Shown here: piece by piece, positions 39,535-49,086 of the stretch
Position numbering within the stretch: the first letter of the stretch is position 1
Layout: every line of letters begins with the position of its first letter
NCBI GenBank assembly: GCA_963749705.1
Contig: CAVVNQ010000004.1
Span: 160,001-224,000, forward strand
Reading direction: 5' to 3'
DNA: 64,000 nt
DNA from: an uncultured Chloroflexia bacterium
GTDB taxonomy: Bacteria > Chloroflexota > Limnocylindria > Limnocylindrales > CSP1-4
Translations under genes and position numbers: made by a program
Notes under the pieces: model-generated
The model's input: only the letters and a program-made list of their open reading frames with translations
What the model was told of the DNA's origin: nothing
The model's database searches: none

Positions 39535-40802
39535 CCGACGCGGCCCCGAACCTCGCGCACGGCGCGCCGCCGACGAGCCACCCGGAGCTCCCGCCCGCAC
39601 ACGCGGTTCCGCCGTTCACGCTCGGGCGGCTGCCCAGGATCCTGTTCGGCGCCGGCACCGTCGAACGGGTGCCTGCGGTCGTCGCCGGCCACGGCCGGCG
39701 CGCGCTGCTGGTCACCGGTGGCCGCTCCCTGGCTGCGTCGGGGCGCCGGGATGCCCTCGTGGCCGGGCTGGCGGCAGCGGGCGTCGAGATCGTGGGCGAG
39801 GTGACCGTCTCGGGCGAGCCCGGCCCCGCGCTGGTCGACGGCGCGGTCGACGCCCACCGTGACGCGGCCGTCGAGGTGGTCCTCGCCGTGGGCGGTGGCA
39901 GCGCGCTCGACGCGGCCAAGGCGATCGCCGGGCTGCTGCGCACCGGAACCTCGATCCTCGACCACCTCGAGGGCGTCGGGCCACAGGTCCCCTACCCCGG
40001 ACCCGGGGTGCCGCTGGTCGCCGTGCCGACCACGGCGGGCACCGGGAGCGAGGCCACCCGCAATGCCGTGATCAGCGAGCGCGGCCCGGGCGGCTTCAAG
40101 CGCTCGTTCCGCGACGAGCGGCTGGTCGCGGCTGACGCCATCGTGGACCCGGACCTGCTGGACGGGGCGACGCCCGATCACATCGCCGCCAACGGCATGG
40201 ACGCCCTGACCCAGCTGCTCGAGTCGTACGTGTCGCTCCGGGCTGGACCCGTGACCGATGCGCTTGCGATCGCCGGGCTCGAGGCCGCGCGCGACGGGCT
40301 GCCCGCATGGCATGCCGAGCCCGACGGGCCGGGCGCCCCTGCCGCCCGCGAGCGGATGGCGCTGGCCGCCCTGCTTTCCGGGATCTGTCTCGCCCATGCC
40401 GGCCTGGGCGCGGTCCACGGGCTGGCGTCGCCGCTCGGTGCGCTGTTCCCGGTCCCGCACGGCGCCGCCTGCGGATCGACCCTCGCCGCCGTGACCGCGG
40501 TCAACATCGGCGCGCTTGCGGAACGCGATCCCGACGCCCCGGCCCTTCGCCGGTACGCGGTCCTGGGCCGGTTGTTCGCCGGGCTGCCGGACACGTCGAG
40601 CGACCAGGAGGCGCGCGGCGCCCTGGTGATCGCGCTCAGCGAGCTCACCGCGACGCTGGCGATCCCCCGGCTGCGCGAGTTCGGGATCGGCGAGGACGAC
40701 ATCCCGGCCATCGTCGCGGGTTCGCGCGGGAGCTCGATGCGTACCAACCCGGTGACGCTCACGGACGAGGAGCTGGCCGCGATCCTGCGGGCGACCCGCT
40801 GA
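39531..40802 (+). CDS. Iron-containing alcohol dehydrogenase
   Basis: AVGGGSALDAAKA, PTTAGTGSEAT, DALTQLLESY, GAVHGLA, PHG; GTGA overlap with the ABM gene. Confidence 0.92.
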   Translation: MTDAAPNLAHGAPPTSHPELPPAHAVPPFTLGRLPRILFGAGTVERVPAVVAGHGRRALLVTGGRSLAASGRRDALVAGLAAAGVEIVGEVTVSGEPGPALVDGAVDAHRDAAVEVVLAVGGGSALDAAKAIAGLLRTGTSILDHLEGVGPQVPYPGPGVPLVAVPTTAGTGSEATRNAVISERGPGGFKRSFRDERLVAADAIVDPDLLDGATPDHIAANGMDALTQLLESYVSLRAGPVTDALAIAGLEAARDGLPAWHAEPDGPGAPAARERMALAALLSGICLAHAGLGAVHGLASPLGALFPVPHGAACGSTLAAVTAVNIGALAERDPDAPALRRYAVLGRLFAGLPDTSSDQEARGALVIALSELTATLAIPRLREFGIGEDDIPAIVAGSRGSSMRTNPVTLTDEELAAILRATR

Positions 40803-40938
40803 CCCGCTGGGACGCCGCGCGGCGAATCGCTACGATGGCGGCCGGGCCGCGAGGCTCGTCGGCCCGATGCCGGCCGGCTCCCACGTGCGAGGTTCACCGT
40901 GCGCCGCTCCACGTCCGCGGATACCGTCGAGGGATCGC

Positions 40939-41412
40939 GTGGCTGACCGCGACCCCCATCCGGCACCGGCGCCCCCGTCAGGCTCCACCCTGCGCCTCGA
41001 TGTCGACCCGGCGCACCTGGCGGAGGTCCGCGCGTTCGTCCGCACGACCTCGGCCGCGCTCGGCGCCGACGACGAGGCCATCGGCGATCTCGTCCAGGCC
41101 GTCGACGAATGGGTGACGAATGTCGGCCGGCACGGGTATCGTGGCAGCCGCGGTCCGGTCGAGATCGAGCTCGGTCGAGACGGGGCGGAGATCGTGGTCC
41201 AGGTCCGGGATCGGGCACCCGTGTTCGACCCCGCCGATGCACCTCCGTTCGACCCGTCGGTCCCGCTGGAACGGCGTCGCCCGGGGGGCATGGGCATCTA
41301 CCTGATGCGGGATCTGATGGGGTCGATCGGGCACCGTCATCGCGATGGCGGTGGCAACGAGGTCACGCTGCGCCGGGCTCGCCGGTCCGTGAACGCTGGA
41401 GGCAACGCATGA
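40939..41412 (+). CDS. Anti-sigma factor/Ser kinase (RsbW-like HATPase)
   Basis: AVDEWVTNVGRHGY (N box), VRDRAPVFDP, GGMGIYLMRDL. Confidence 0.85.
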   Translation: MADRDPHPAPAPPSGSTLRLDVDPAHLAEVRAFVRTTSAALGADDEAIGDLVQAVDEWVTNVGRHGYRGSRGPVEIELGRDGAEIVVQVRDRAPVFDPADAPPFDPSVPLERRRPGGMGIYLMRDLMGSIGHRHRDGGGNEVTLRRARRSVNAGGNA

Positions 41413-41825
41413 ACACGACGGTGGACCAGCCCTCTCCCACGGTCGCGGTGATCGGCCTCGAGGGCGAGCTCGATGCGTCGAACTTCGCGGACCTGATCGC
41501 GACCGGGCGGCAGCTGTACGTCGGCGGGGCGCGGGTGCTGGTCCTCGACCTCGCCGGGCTGACGTTCATGGCCAGCTCGGGCATCGTCGCGCTCCACAGC
41601 CTCGCCCGGGTGTTCCAGGGACACGAGCCGCCCGACCTCGAGGCGGGCTGGCAGGCGATCCATGACATCGGCACGGACATCGACGGCGGGGCATCGCTCG
41701 ATCACGTGCGCCTGGTGGCGCCAGGTCCGGCCGTCGATCGCGTCCTCGACCGCACCGGGCTCAAGCGCCTGATGCCGGTGTTCGAGACCCGGGACGCCGC
41801 GCTGGCGGCTGGTGGCGCCGGCTGA
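41409..41825 (+). CDS. STAS-domain anti-anti-sigma factor (RsbV-like)
   Basis: LEGELDAS, LDLAGLTFMASSG (phospho-acceptor Ser region), RVLDRTGL; ATGA overlap. Confidence 0.88.
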   Translation: MNTTVDQPSPTVAVIGLEGELDASNFADLIATGRQLYVGGARVLVLDLAGLTFMASSGIVALHSLARVFQGHEPPDLEAGWQAIHDIGTDIDGGASLDHVRLVAPGPAVDRVLDRTGLKRLMPVFETRDAALAAGGAG

Positions 41826-41865
41826 CCGCGGCTCGCGACGCCCAACGAGAACGGACGCGCGGACG

Positions 41866-42906
41866 ATGACCGCGTCCAAACCAGGCGCCGACGCGGCGCT
41901 CGACACGACCGAGATCGCGGAGCTGCTGGCGCTCGCCTCGTCCGTCGCGGGCGGCGAGCCGATCGCGCTGGTCGACGTGGATGGCCGCGTCGTCGCGGGC
42001 CGGTCGCCGGGAGAGGCCCCCGGCCGGGCCCACGCGATGATCCGCGACGGCCGGCCGGCCGGGGCCGTCCGGGGCACGGCCGCCGTCGAGCCCGCGCTGC
42101 TCGAGCTCGTCGCCCGCAGCCTCCAGCTGGTCGAGGCGCATGCGGACGACCGCGCGGCGCGGGCGCGACTGGACCACGAGCTCGCCATCGGGCGCCGGAT
42201 CCAGCTGGCCCTGGTCCCGAGGCGCTTCCCGGTCATCGCCGGCTGGACGTTCGCGGCGGCCTACGAGCCGGCGCTCGAGGTCGGTGGCGACCTGTTCGAC
42301 GCGTTCCCCGTCCGCGGCCAGCTGGATCGGGTGGGGCTGCTGGTCGCGGATGTCACCGGCAAGGGCATCGCGGCGGCGCTGCTGATGGCGGACGTTCGCG
42401 CCCTGCTCCACGCGGCGACCGACAACGCCCCGGGTCCCGCCGACGCCCTTGCCCGCGTCAACCGGATCCTCGTGACCGAGCGCGCGACGGCGCTCATGGT
42501 GACCGCGGTGCTCCTCGTCCTGGACACGGCGACGGGCGTCGTCCGCTACGCAGGGGCCGGGCACGAGGCGCCGCTCATCGCCCGCTGCACCGGCGGGGTT
42601 GAGCCACTCGAGGCGGGCGGGACGATCCTGGGGCTGGCCGGCGATACGACCTTCGTGGAGCAGGAGGGCCGGCTGGATCCGGGCGATGCCCTCGTGATGT
42701 ACACCGACGGGGTCACCGACGCACGCGATCGGGACCGCGGGTTCTACGGCGATGATCGCCTGCTGGCGATGGTGGGCCGTGCGTGCGGGCGATCGGCCGA
42801 CGTGATCGTGGACACGATCATGGACGACGTCCGAACCTTCCGCGGCGAGGCCCCGCCGTTCGACGACCTGACCCTGCTCGTTGTGGAGCGGCGCCGGGAC
42901 GGTTGA
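41866..42906 (+). CDS. SpoIIE/RsbU-like PP2C phosphatase
   Basis: EVGGDLFD, ADVTGKGIAAALLM, GAGHEAP, YTDGVTD, DDLTLL. Confidence 0.92.
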   Translation: MTASKPGADAALDTTEIAELLALASSVAGGEPIALVDVDGRVVAGRSPGEAPGRAHAMIRDGRPAGAVRGTAAVEPALLELVARSLQLVEAHADDRAARARLDHELAIGRRIQLALVPRRFPVIAGWTFAAAYEPALEVGGDLFDAFPVRGQLDRVGLLVADVTGKGIAAALLMADVRALLHAATDNAPGPADALARVNRILVTERATALMVTAVLLVLDTATGVVRYAGAGHEAPLIARCTGGVEPLEAGGTILGLAGDTTFVEQEGRLDPGDALVMYTDGVTDARDRDRGFYGDDRLLAMVGRACGRSADVIVDTIMDDVRTFRGEAPPFDDLTLLVVERRRDG

Positions 42907-42982
42907 GGTCCGCCTCCCGCGGCGCCCCGTGGTTCGACCCGCCGGCGCAGCCGGCACCTTCGCCCGCGGGAGCTGCGATCCC

Positions 42983-44521
42983 CTACCGCGTGTGCGGGAA
43001 GCCCAGGTCCACCGATGACGTGCCCGGATCGGGCCAGCGCGAGGTCACGACCTTCGACCGCGTGTAGAACTGGATCCCGTCGGGCCCGTACATGTGCAGG
43101 TCGCCGAACAGCGACGCCTTCCAGCCGCCGAAGCTGTAGTACGCGACCGGCACCGGGATCGGCACGTTGACACCGACCATGCCCACGTTGACCTCGAACT
43201 CGAACTGGCGGGCCGCGCCCCCGTCGCGGGTGAAGATCGCGGTCCCGTTGCCGTACGGGTTGTCGTTGATCAGCCGCAGCCCGTCCTCGTAGCTGTCCAC
43301 CCGGGTGACCGTGAGCACGGGCCCGAAGATCTCGTCGCGATAGCAGTCCATCTCGGGCCTGACGTCGTCGATCAGCGAGACCCCGAGGAAGAATCCGTCG
43401 GACTCCCGGAACAGCGGGTGGTCGCGCCCGTCGGCGACGATGGTCGCGCCCTGTGCCGTTGCACTGTCGAGGTACGAGGCCACCTTGTCGCGATGCTGCC
43501 GGGTGACCAGCGGCCCCATCTCGGCGGCTCCGTCCGACCCCGGGCCGACGGTGATCCTGGGCAGCCGGGCGCGGATCGCCTCGACCAGCGGATCCGCGAC
43601 GCCGCCCACCGCGACGACCGTGGCGATCGCCATGCACCGCTCGCCCGACGACCCGAATGCCGCCGAGACCGCCGCGTCGGCCGCCATGTCGATGTCCGCG
43701 TCGGGCAGCACCAGCATGTGGTTCTTGGCCCCGCCCAGCGCCTGGACCCGCTTCCCGTTGCGCGTCCCGGTCTCGTAGATGTAGCGCGCGATGGGCGTCG
43801 AGCCGACGAACGAGACGGCCGCGATGTCGGGGTGCGCCAGGATCGCGTCGACGGCCACCTTGTCGCCCTGGATGACGCTGAACACGCCCTCGGGCACGCC
43901 GGCGTCGCGCAGCAGCTCGGCCATCAGCATGGACGCGGACGGGTCCTTCTCGGACGGCTTGAGCAGGAACGTGTTGCCGCACGCGATCGCGTTGGCGAAC
44001 ATCCACATCGGCACCATCGCCGGGAAGTTGAACGGCGTGATCCCCGCCACGACGCCCAGCGGCTGGCGGATCTGCTTGACGTCCACGCCGGTCGACGCCT
44101 GCTCGCTGAAGCCGCCCTTGAGCAGGTGCTGGACGCCACACGCGAACTCGAGGTTCTCGACGCCTCGTGCGATCTCGCCCAGGGCATCGGAAGGGACCTT
44201 GCCGTGCTCCGCGGTGAGCAGCGCCGCCAGGTCGCGACGATGCTGGTCGACCAGGTTCCGGATCCGGAACAGGATCTCCGTCCGCTTTGACAGCGAGGTG
44301 GCGCGCCAGGCCGGATACGCGGCCTTCGCGGCCGCGACCGCAAGATCCACCTCGTCGGTGGAGGCGAAGTCGACCCACCGGGTCTGGGCGCCCGTCGCGG
44401 GATCGAACACGGGGCCCTGCCGGCCGGACGAACCCGCTGCGGGGTGTCCGCCGATCCAGTGGCCAACGGTGGGAAGGGTCTGGGATGCGGGAGAGCCCGC
44501 GGGGACGGCGAGCTGGGTCAT
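42983..44521 (-). CDS. mmsA: CoA-acylating (methyl)malonate-semialdehyde dehydrogenase
   Basis: GITPFNFPAMVPMW, KPSEKDP, FVGST, GGAKNH, GERCMA, EIFGPV, VNVPIPVP. Confidence 0.95.
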   Translation of the reverse strand: MTQLAVPAGSPASQTLPTVGHWIGGHPAAGSSGRQGPVFDPATGAQTRWVDFASTDEVDLAVAAAKAAYPAWRATSLSKRTEILFRIRNLVDQHRRDLAALLTAEHGKVPSDALGEIARGVENLEFACGVQHLLKGGFSEQASTGVDVKQIRQPLGVVAGITPFNFPAMVPMWMFANAIACGNTFLLKPSEKDPSASMLMAELLRDAGVPEGVFSVIQGDKVAVDAILAHPDIAAVSFVGSTPIARYIYETGTRNGKRVQALGGAKNHMLVLPDADIDMAADAAVSAAFGSSGERCMAIATVVAVGGVADPLVEAIRARLPRITVGPGSDGAAEMGPLVTRQHRDKVASYLDSATAQGATIVADGRDHPLFRESDGFFLGVSLIDDVRPEMDCYRDEIFGPVLTVTRVDSYEDGLRLINDNPYGNGTAIFTRDGGAARQFEFEVNVGMVGVNVPIPVPVAYYSFGGWKASLFGDLHMYGPDGIQFYTRSKVVTSRWPDPGTSSVDLGFPHTR

Positions 44522-44672
44522 CAGGGCAAACCTCACGGGACGATGAAGCCGGCGACCCTGCCACTCTACCGCGAAGCACAAATCGGGCCCTGCCGGAGGG
44601 GCCTCGAAGCCATCGGGCGCGGCCACCGCCGAGCGCGGCGGATCGTCGCGCGTCGCCGTCGCGCGCGGCGGA

Positions 44673-45620
44673 TCAGAACCTGGGCCGGCTCTCCGGCTCG
44701 GGCCAGTCCGGACCGCGCCCCGGGCGTTGCGCCGGGCGTTGGGCGCGCCGCCGCCGCAGGACCCGGGCGATCCAGCGCGCAACGAACACCAGCGCGGCGA
44801 CCGTGGCGATCCCGATCGAGATCAGCTGGTCGGCGTTGAGCGGTCCGAGCACGGCCGGGTCTCGCCACGTCGTCGCAACCGCCGCGCGCGCGGCTGCCCA
44901 CAGCCCGATCCCGACCACGAACGCGGCGCCCGTGCCCCGCCAGAACCGTCCGCCGGCGAGCAGCCCGATCACGACGACCAGCACGCCGGCGGTGGCCAGC
45001 GCCTCGTACAGCTGCGCCGGATGCGAGGGGATCTCGGGTGCCAGCGATCCCCACGGTCCGGGTCCGACGTACGCGGTCGCCCAGGCTCCATCGAACGGCA
45101 GTCCCTGGCCGTCGCCGCCGAGGATCATGGCGGCCTTGCCGGCGGCGAGGCCGAACAGGAGGGGAAGGATCAGCGCGTGCATCCAGCGCCGGACCGGCGC
45201 ACCCAGGAGGGCGGCGATGATCGCCGCCGTGAATGTCCCGCCGACCACGGCCAGCGACAGCTGGAAGGCGCCCTGCGTGGGGTCGAGGACCGCCGACGGG
45301 TTGGCGCCGTAGTAGTCGAGATGGGTGAGCACGTAGCCGAGCCGTCCGCCCGCGACCGCGCCCGGCAGCGACGCCACGGCGATGTACAGCAGGTCGTCGG
45401 CGCGGAGGTGGTTGGCCTCGACCTCCTCCGTCTCGGGGTCATCGGGAGGAAGGAACGGGTCGACCGGCGTGCGGCGGGCGATCAGGACCGCCAGCACGAG
45501 CGTGGCCAGGATCACGACCGCCAGCGCGATCGTCTCGAGGCGAACGTGCCAGTCCCCGATCGTGACGATGGGGACGAACGTCAGCTTGATGACCGCGGTC
45601 AGGGGGATCAGGGGATGCAC
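44673..45620 (-). CDS. Divergent prolipoprotein diacylglyceryl transferase (Lgt)-family protein
   Basis: GGRLGYVL and HPAQLYEA retained; canonical HGG and GRxGNF motifs replaced. Confidence 0.75.
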   Translation of the reverse strand: MHPLIPLTAVIKLTFVPIVTIGDWHVRLETIALAVVILATLVLAVLIARRTPVDPFLPPDDPETEEVEANHLRADDLLYIAVASLPGAVAGGRLGYVLTHLDYYGANPSAVLDPTQGAFQLSLAVVGGTFTAAIIAALLGAPVRRWMHALILPLLFGLAAGKAAMILGGDGQGLPFDGAWATAYVGPGPWGSLAPEIPSHPAQLYEALATAGVLVVVIGLLAGGRFWRGTGAAFVVGIGLWAAARAAVATTWRDPAVLGPLNADQLISIGIATVAALVFVARWIARVLRRRRAQRPAQRPGRGPDWPEPESRPRF

Positions 45621-45703
45621 GACGGCGAGTCTACCGGTCGGCTGAACCGTCGAGCGCCTGCGCCTGCAGGCGGCACCGGCGCCGTCGGGTCACGAGCGAA
45701 TCG

Positions 45704-45732
45704 CGAGGCCCCCGGCGGTGCCGGGGGCCTCG
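45704..45732 (-). terminator. 13-bp GC hairpin downstream of the subtilase
   Basis: CGAGGCCCCCGGC-ggt-GCCGGGGGCCTCG; lacks a clear U tract. Confidence 0.5.
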
Positions 45733-45783
45733 GTCTTCAGGTCGGCTGGAGCGTCCGTCGGGCGACGGACGCCGGCTTGGCAG

Positions 45784-48700
45784 CTACTTGACGCTGATGA
45801 TCGTGGAGCCGATGTCGTTCGTGCCGTCGCTGTACACGATCTGGCCCAGATACCACGCGCCCGGCGTGAGGCCGGTGAACGTGAGGCCGACATCGACGGT
45901 GCCACCGACCGTGGCCGTCGCCGTCGCGGGGAGGACGACGTTGCCCTCGTCCGCCATTGGCACCAGCCACTCGAAGAGCGTGAAGTCGGTGCTCGCGCCC
46001 GCGGTGTTGAAGCCGTGGACGTAGACGGTGTAGTCGCCGGCGGCGGGTGCCTTGAGGGTCACCATCTCGTTGGAATCACCGTCGGCCGACTGGCCGACGA
46101 GCTTGTCGGCCTTGTACAGGAAGACGTCCAGATCCGTCCCCGGGTTGGCGATCGCGCTCTCGTCGATGCCCACCCGGAGCAGGCTGGTGCCCGCCGGAAC
46201 CGAGAACGTCATGGCGTAGGTCCCGGTCGAGTCGGCCGGGTCGAACGTCTGGTCCGGATCCTGGGTCACGTTCGCGGCCGTCTCCTCCGCAGCGGCGAGG
46301 CCGCGAGCGGCGAACTCGAGCGTGCCGGCGTAGCCGGTCACGACCGAATAGCTGACGGCGTCCGCCGAGCCCGCGACCTCCGCCGGAGCGGCGATCGGGA
46401 CCGGCCGGATGACCATCGGGACGCGCACGTTGTGGGTGCCGTCGGTCCAGGTCAGCTGGCCGCCCGTGTACGTGCCGAGCGGCGCGCTGTCCTCGGTGAA
46501 GGTGACGGTGAACGTCCCGGTCTCGCCGGGCTTGAGCGTCAGCGATGCGGGCGACACCGAGGTGTCGATGCCGGTCATCCCGAACACGGACGCCGTGTAG
46601 GTCGCCTTCGCGCCGCCGACGTTGGTGACCCGGCGGGTCACGGTCTGGACGCCGGCGAGATCGCCGATGGCGATCGAGGCGCTGTTGTAGTCGCTCAGGT
46701 CGGTCGAGTACCCAAGGCCCTGGAGGGCGCTGCAGGTTCCGGCACCGACGGCCGACGAGCCGCCGCACAGGAATGCCAGCCAGTCATTCCAGCCTGCGTC
46801 GTACACGAGGCCGGGATCCGCCGCGGAGTTCGGGGCGACGTGCCCCGCGCCCTGGCGGAAGATCAGGATCGGGTTGTCGCTGGGGGCCGGCGTGCCGCCG
46901 TCGAGCACGTCATACGCCGAGGTCATCAGCGCCGACTTGACCGCCATCGGCGACCAGCTCGGGTGCAGGTCCATCAGCAGCGCGGCGATGCCGGCCACGT
47001 GCGGGCTGGACATCGAGGTGCCGCTGTAGAGGTTGAAGTCGAAGCCGTGGTTGCCTGGCGGCGCGACCGCGGCGAGGATGTCCTGGCCTGGCGCGATGAC
47101 GTCCGGCTTGAGCACGTCGCCACCACCGGCGGCCAGCGGGCCACGGGACGAGAACGACGCCGTGAACGGCGCCGGTGCGTCGTAGACGATGGTGGCCTGG
47201 TTGATCGTCGCGGTTGCCCCCGCCGTTGCGGCGTACGCCTCGACGGCAGCACGATCGGTGTCCTCGAGGTGCACCGACGGCACGAAGTGGAAGTCCGCGT
47301 TGATCGAGTTCGGGCTGGTGTTGACCAGGATCATGCCGACACCGCCGGCTTCCTGGACGGCCAGGCTCTTGTTGACCCGGGCCGTGACGCCGCGCTCGCA
47401 CACGACGATCTTGCCCGCGACCTTGGCCGGATCGAGGGCGTTGCCATCCGGATCGGCCGAGCTGTAGCACAGCGCGACGTGCGTCGGGTCGGCACCGGAC
47501 AGGCCGGCGTCGGTGGCGTTGATCAGGGGCGCGGGGCCAACCGCGGTCGCCACTGAGGCGCCGTCGTAGGTCTCACCGTTGCCAAGCGTGACCGAGCCCT
47601 GGCCGTCACGGTTGTGGGTGCCCGCGGCGACCGTGGTCGTCCACGGCGACGGGTGCGCGACGGTGCCGCTGGTCGGACCGCTGTTGCCGGCGGACTCGGC
47701 GACGAAGATGCCGGCGTCCGCGGCGAACAGGAACGAGATCTCGACCGGGTCGGCGAAGTTCGTCGTGGTGCCGCTGATCGAGTAGTTGATGACGTCGACG
47801 CCGTCATGGACGGCGGCATCGATGGCGGCCACGAGGTCCGAGGTTGAGCCGCTCGCGGTCGAGGCATCCTCGGTCGACCACAGGGCCTTGTACATCGCGA
47901 TCCGCGCCCGCGGCGCCATGCCGCTGATCGGGCCGAACGCCGCTGCGGGCCCGGTGGTCGGGGTGTTGTAGTTGCCGCCGGCGGTGGACGCGGTATGCGT
48001 GCCATGGCCGTTGTAGTCGCGCGGAGAGTTGAACTCCCAGGGCTTGGTCGCATCGACGCCGGCGTCGCCGCCCAGCGACGCGTTGAAGTACTGGGCGCCG
48101 ATCAGCTTCTCGTTGCAGTCGGAGGTCTTCTTGAAGTCCTCGCCGGACACGCACTTGCCGTGCCAGCCGGGAACCTGGTGGTAGGCGAGCTTGGCGCCCG
48201 GCGCGTTGCTCGGCTGGCCGGTGTACTTGTCGACGCGGTCGCTGAAGCTCAGCGACTCGGGCCAGATGCCGGAGTCGACGTCGCCGATGATGATGTCCTC
48301 GCCGGCGCTCTTGACACCGCCGAGCTGATCCCACAGGCCACCGGGGGCCGTGAGCCCGAGGAAGGCGGGCGTCGAGGACGTGTCGGCCGTGCGGATCTCG
48401 TCGGGCGAGATGGCGACGACGCCGGCGTCGTGGGCCAGCTTGTTCGCCTGGGCCGCCGTCAGCCGCGCGGCAAAGCCGTTGTAGGTGTAGACGTAGTCGT
48501 AGACCTTGTTGCCGCCGACCGCCTTGACCTTGGCGTCGTGGCGGCCCTTGAGGAAGGCCGAGTAGGCGACGACCGCGGCCGAGGTCGGATCGATCTTCCT
48601 GGCCTGGCCCGGCGCGGTCGCCTTGAGGCCCTTGATGTCGCCCTTGTACGCCACCACGGGCATCTCGGCGAGCTGGACGATGTAGATCCCATCCTTCGTG

Positions 48701-48801
48701 AAGCGGCCGGCATCGGCGGACTTCGCGATGACCGCGGTCGGCATCAGCGCTGCGAGCAGCAGCAGCGTGCCGGCGACAGAGGCGAGCGCTCTCCGGTTCA
48801 T
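45784..48801 (-). CDS. Secreted S8 serine peptidase with I9, PA, Fn3-like and C-terminal PPC-like domains
   Basis: Signal peptide; YIVQL (I9); triad DSG, GHGTHTASTAGG, SGTSMSSPHVAG; GKIVVCERG (PA); AGGAGG RBS. Confidence 0.95.
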   Translation of the reverse strand: MNRRALASVAGTLLLLAALMPTAVIAKSADAGRFTKDGIYIVQLAEMPVVAYKGDIKGLKATAPGQARKIDPTSAAVVAYSAFLKGRHDAKVKAVGGNKVYDYVYTYNGFAARLTAAQANKLAHDAGVVAISPDEIRTADTSSTPAFLGLTAPGGLWDQLGGVKSAGEDIIIGDVDSGIWPESLSFSDRVDKYTGQPSNAPGAKLAYHQVPGWHGKCVSGEDFKKTSDCNEKLIGAQYFNASLGGDAGVDATKPWEFNSPRDYNGHGTHTASTAGGNYNTPTTGPAAAFGPISGMAPRARIAMYKALWSTEDASTASGSTSDLVAAIDAAVHDGVDVINYSISGTTTNFADPVEISFLFAADAGIFVAESAGNSGPTSGTVAHPSPWTTTVAAGTHNRDGQGSVTLGNGETYDGASVATAVGPAPLINATDAGLSGADPTHVALCYSSADPDGNALDPAKVAGKIVVCERGVTARVNKSLAVQEAGGVGMILVNTSPNSINADFHFVPSVHLEDTDRAAVEAYAATAGATATINQATIVYDAPAPFTASFSSRGPLAAGGGDVLKPDVIAPGQDILAAVAPPGNHGFDFNLYSGTSMSSPHVAGIAALLMDLHPSWSPMAVKSALMTSAYDVLDGGTPAPSDNPILIFRQGAGHVAPNSAADPGLVYDAGWNDWLAFLCGGSSAVGAGTCSALQGLGYSTDLSDYNSASIAIGDLAGVQTVTRRVTNVGGAKATYTASVFGMTGIDTSVSPASLTLKPGETGTFTVTFTEDSAPLGTYTGGQLTWTDGTHNVRVPMVIRPVPIAAPAEVAGSADAVSYSVVTGYAGTLEFAARGLAAAEETAANVTQDPDQTFDPADSTGTYAMTFSVPAGTSLLRVGIDESAIANPGTDLDVFLYKADKLVGQSADGDSNEMVTLKAPAAGDYTVYVHGFNTAGASTDFTLFEWLVPMADEGNVVLPATATATVGGTVDVGLTFTGLTPGAWYLGQIVYSDGTNDIGSTIISVK

Positions 48802-49086
48802 GGTCCTCCTCAGGCGATGCCTGGACTCCTCCCGACCCGGCGCGCGCCGCTGCGCTGGCGACATGACCGAACGCCCGGGCTCAGGAAATCGGCGGCCCTC
48901 CAGCCACGCGTACCCGGAAGGTACCGTGGGCCGACAGCCGGTGTCACCGTCCTTTCGGCATCTCCCGGGCAGGAGGGCACGAAACGTTGCCCCCGCGCAC
49001 CACGAACGCGTCCGCCCGGGGACGCGCGCGGTCGCCGGGCCGCTGGAGCAATCGGCCGACCGCGGCGGGCGTGGCCGCCGCGCGGG

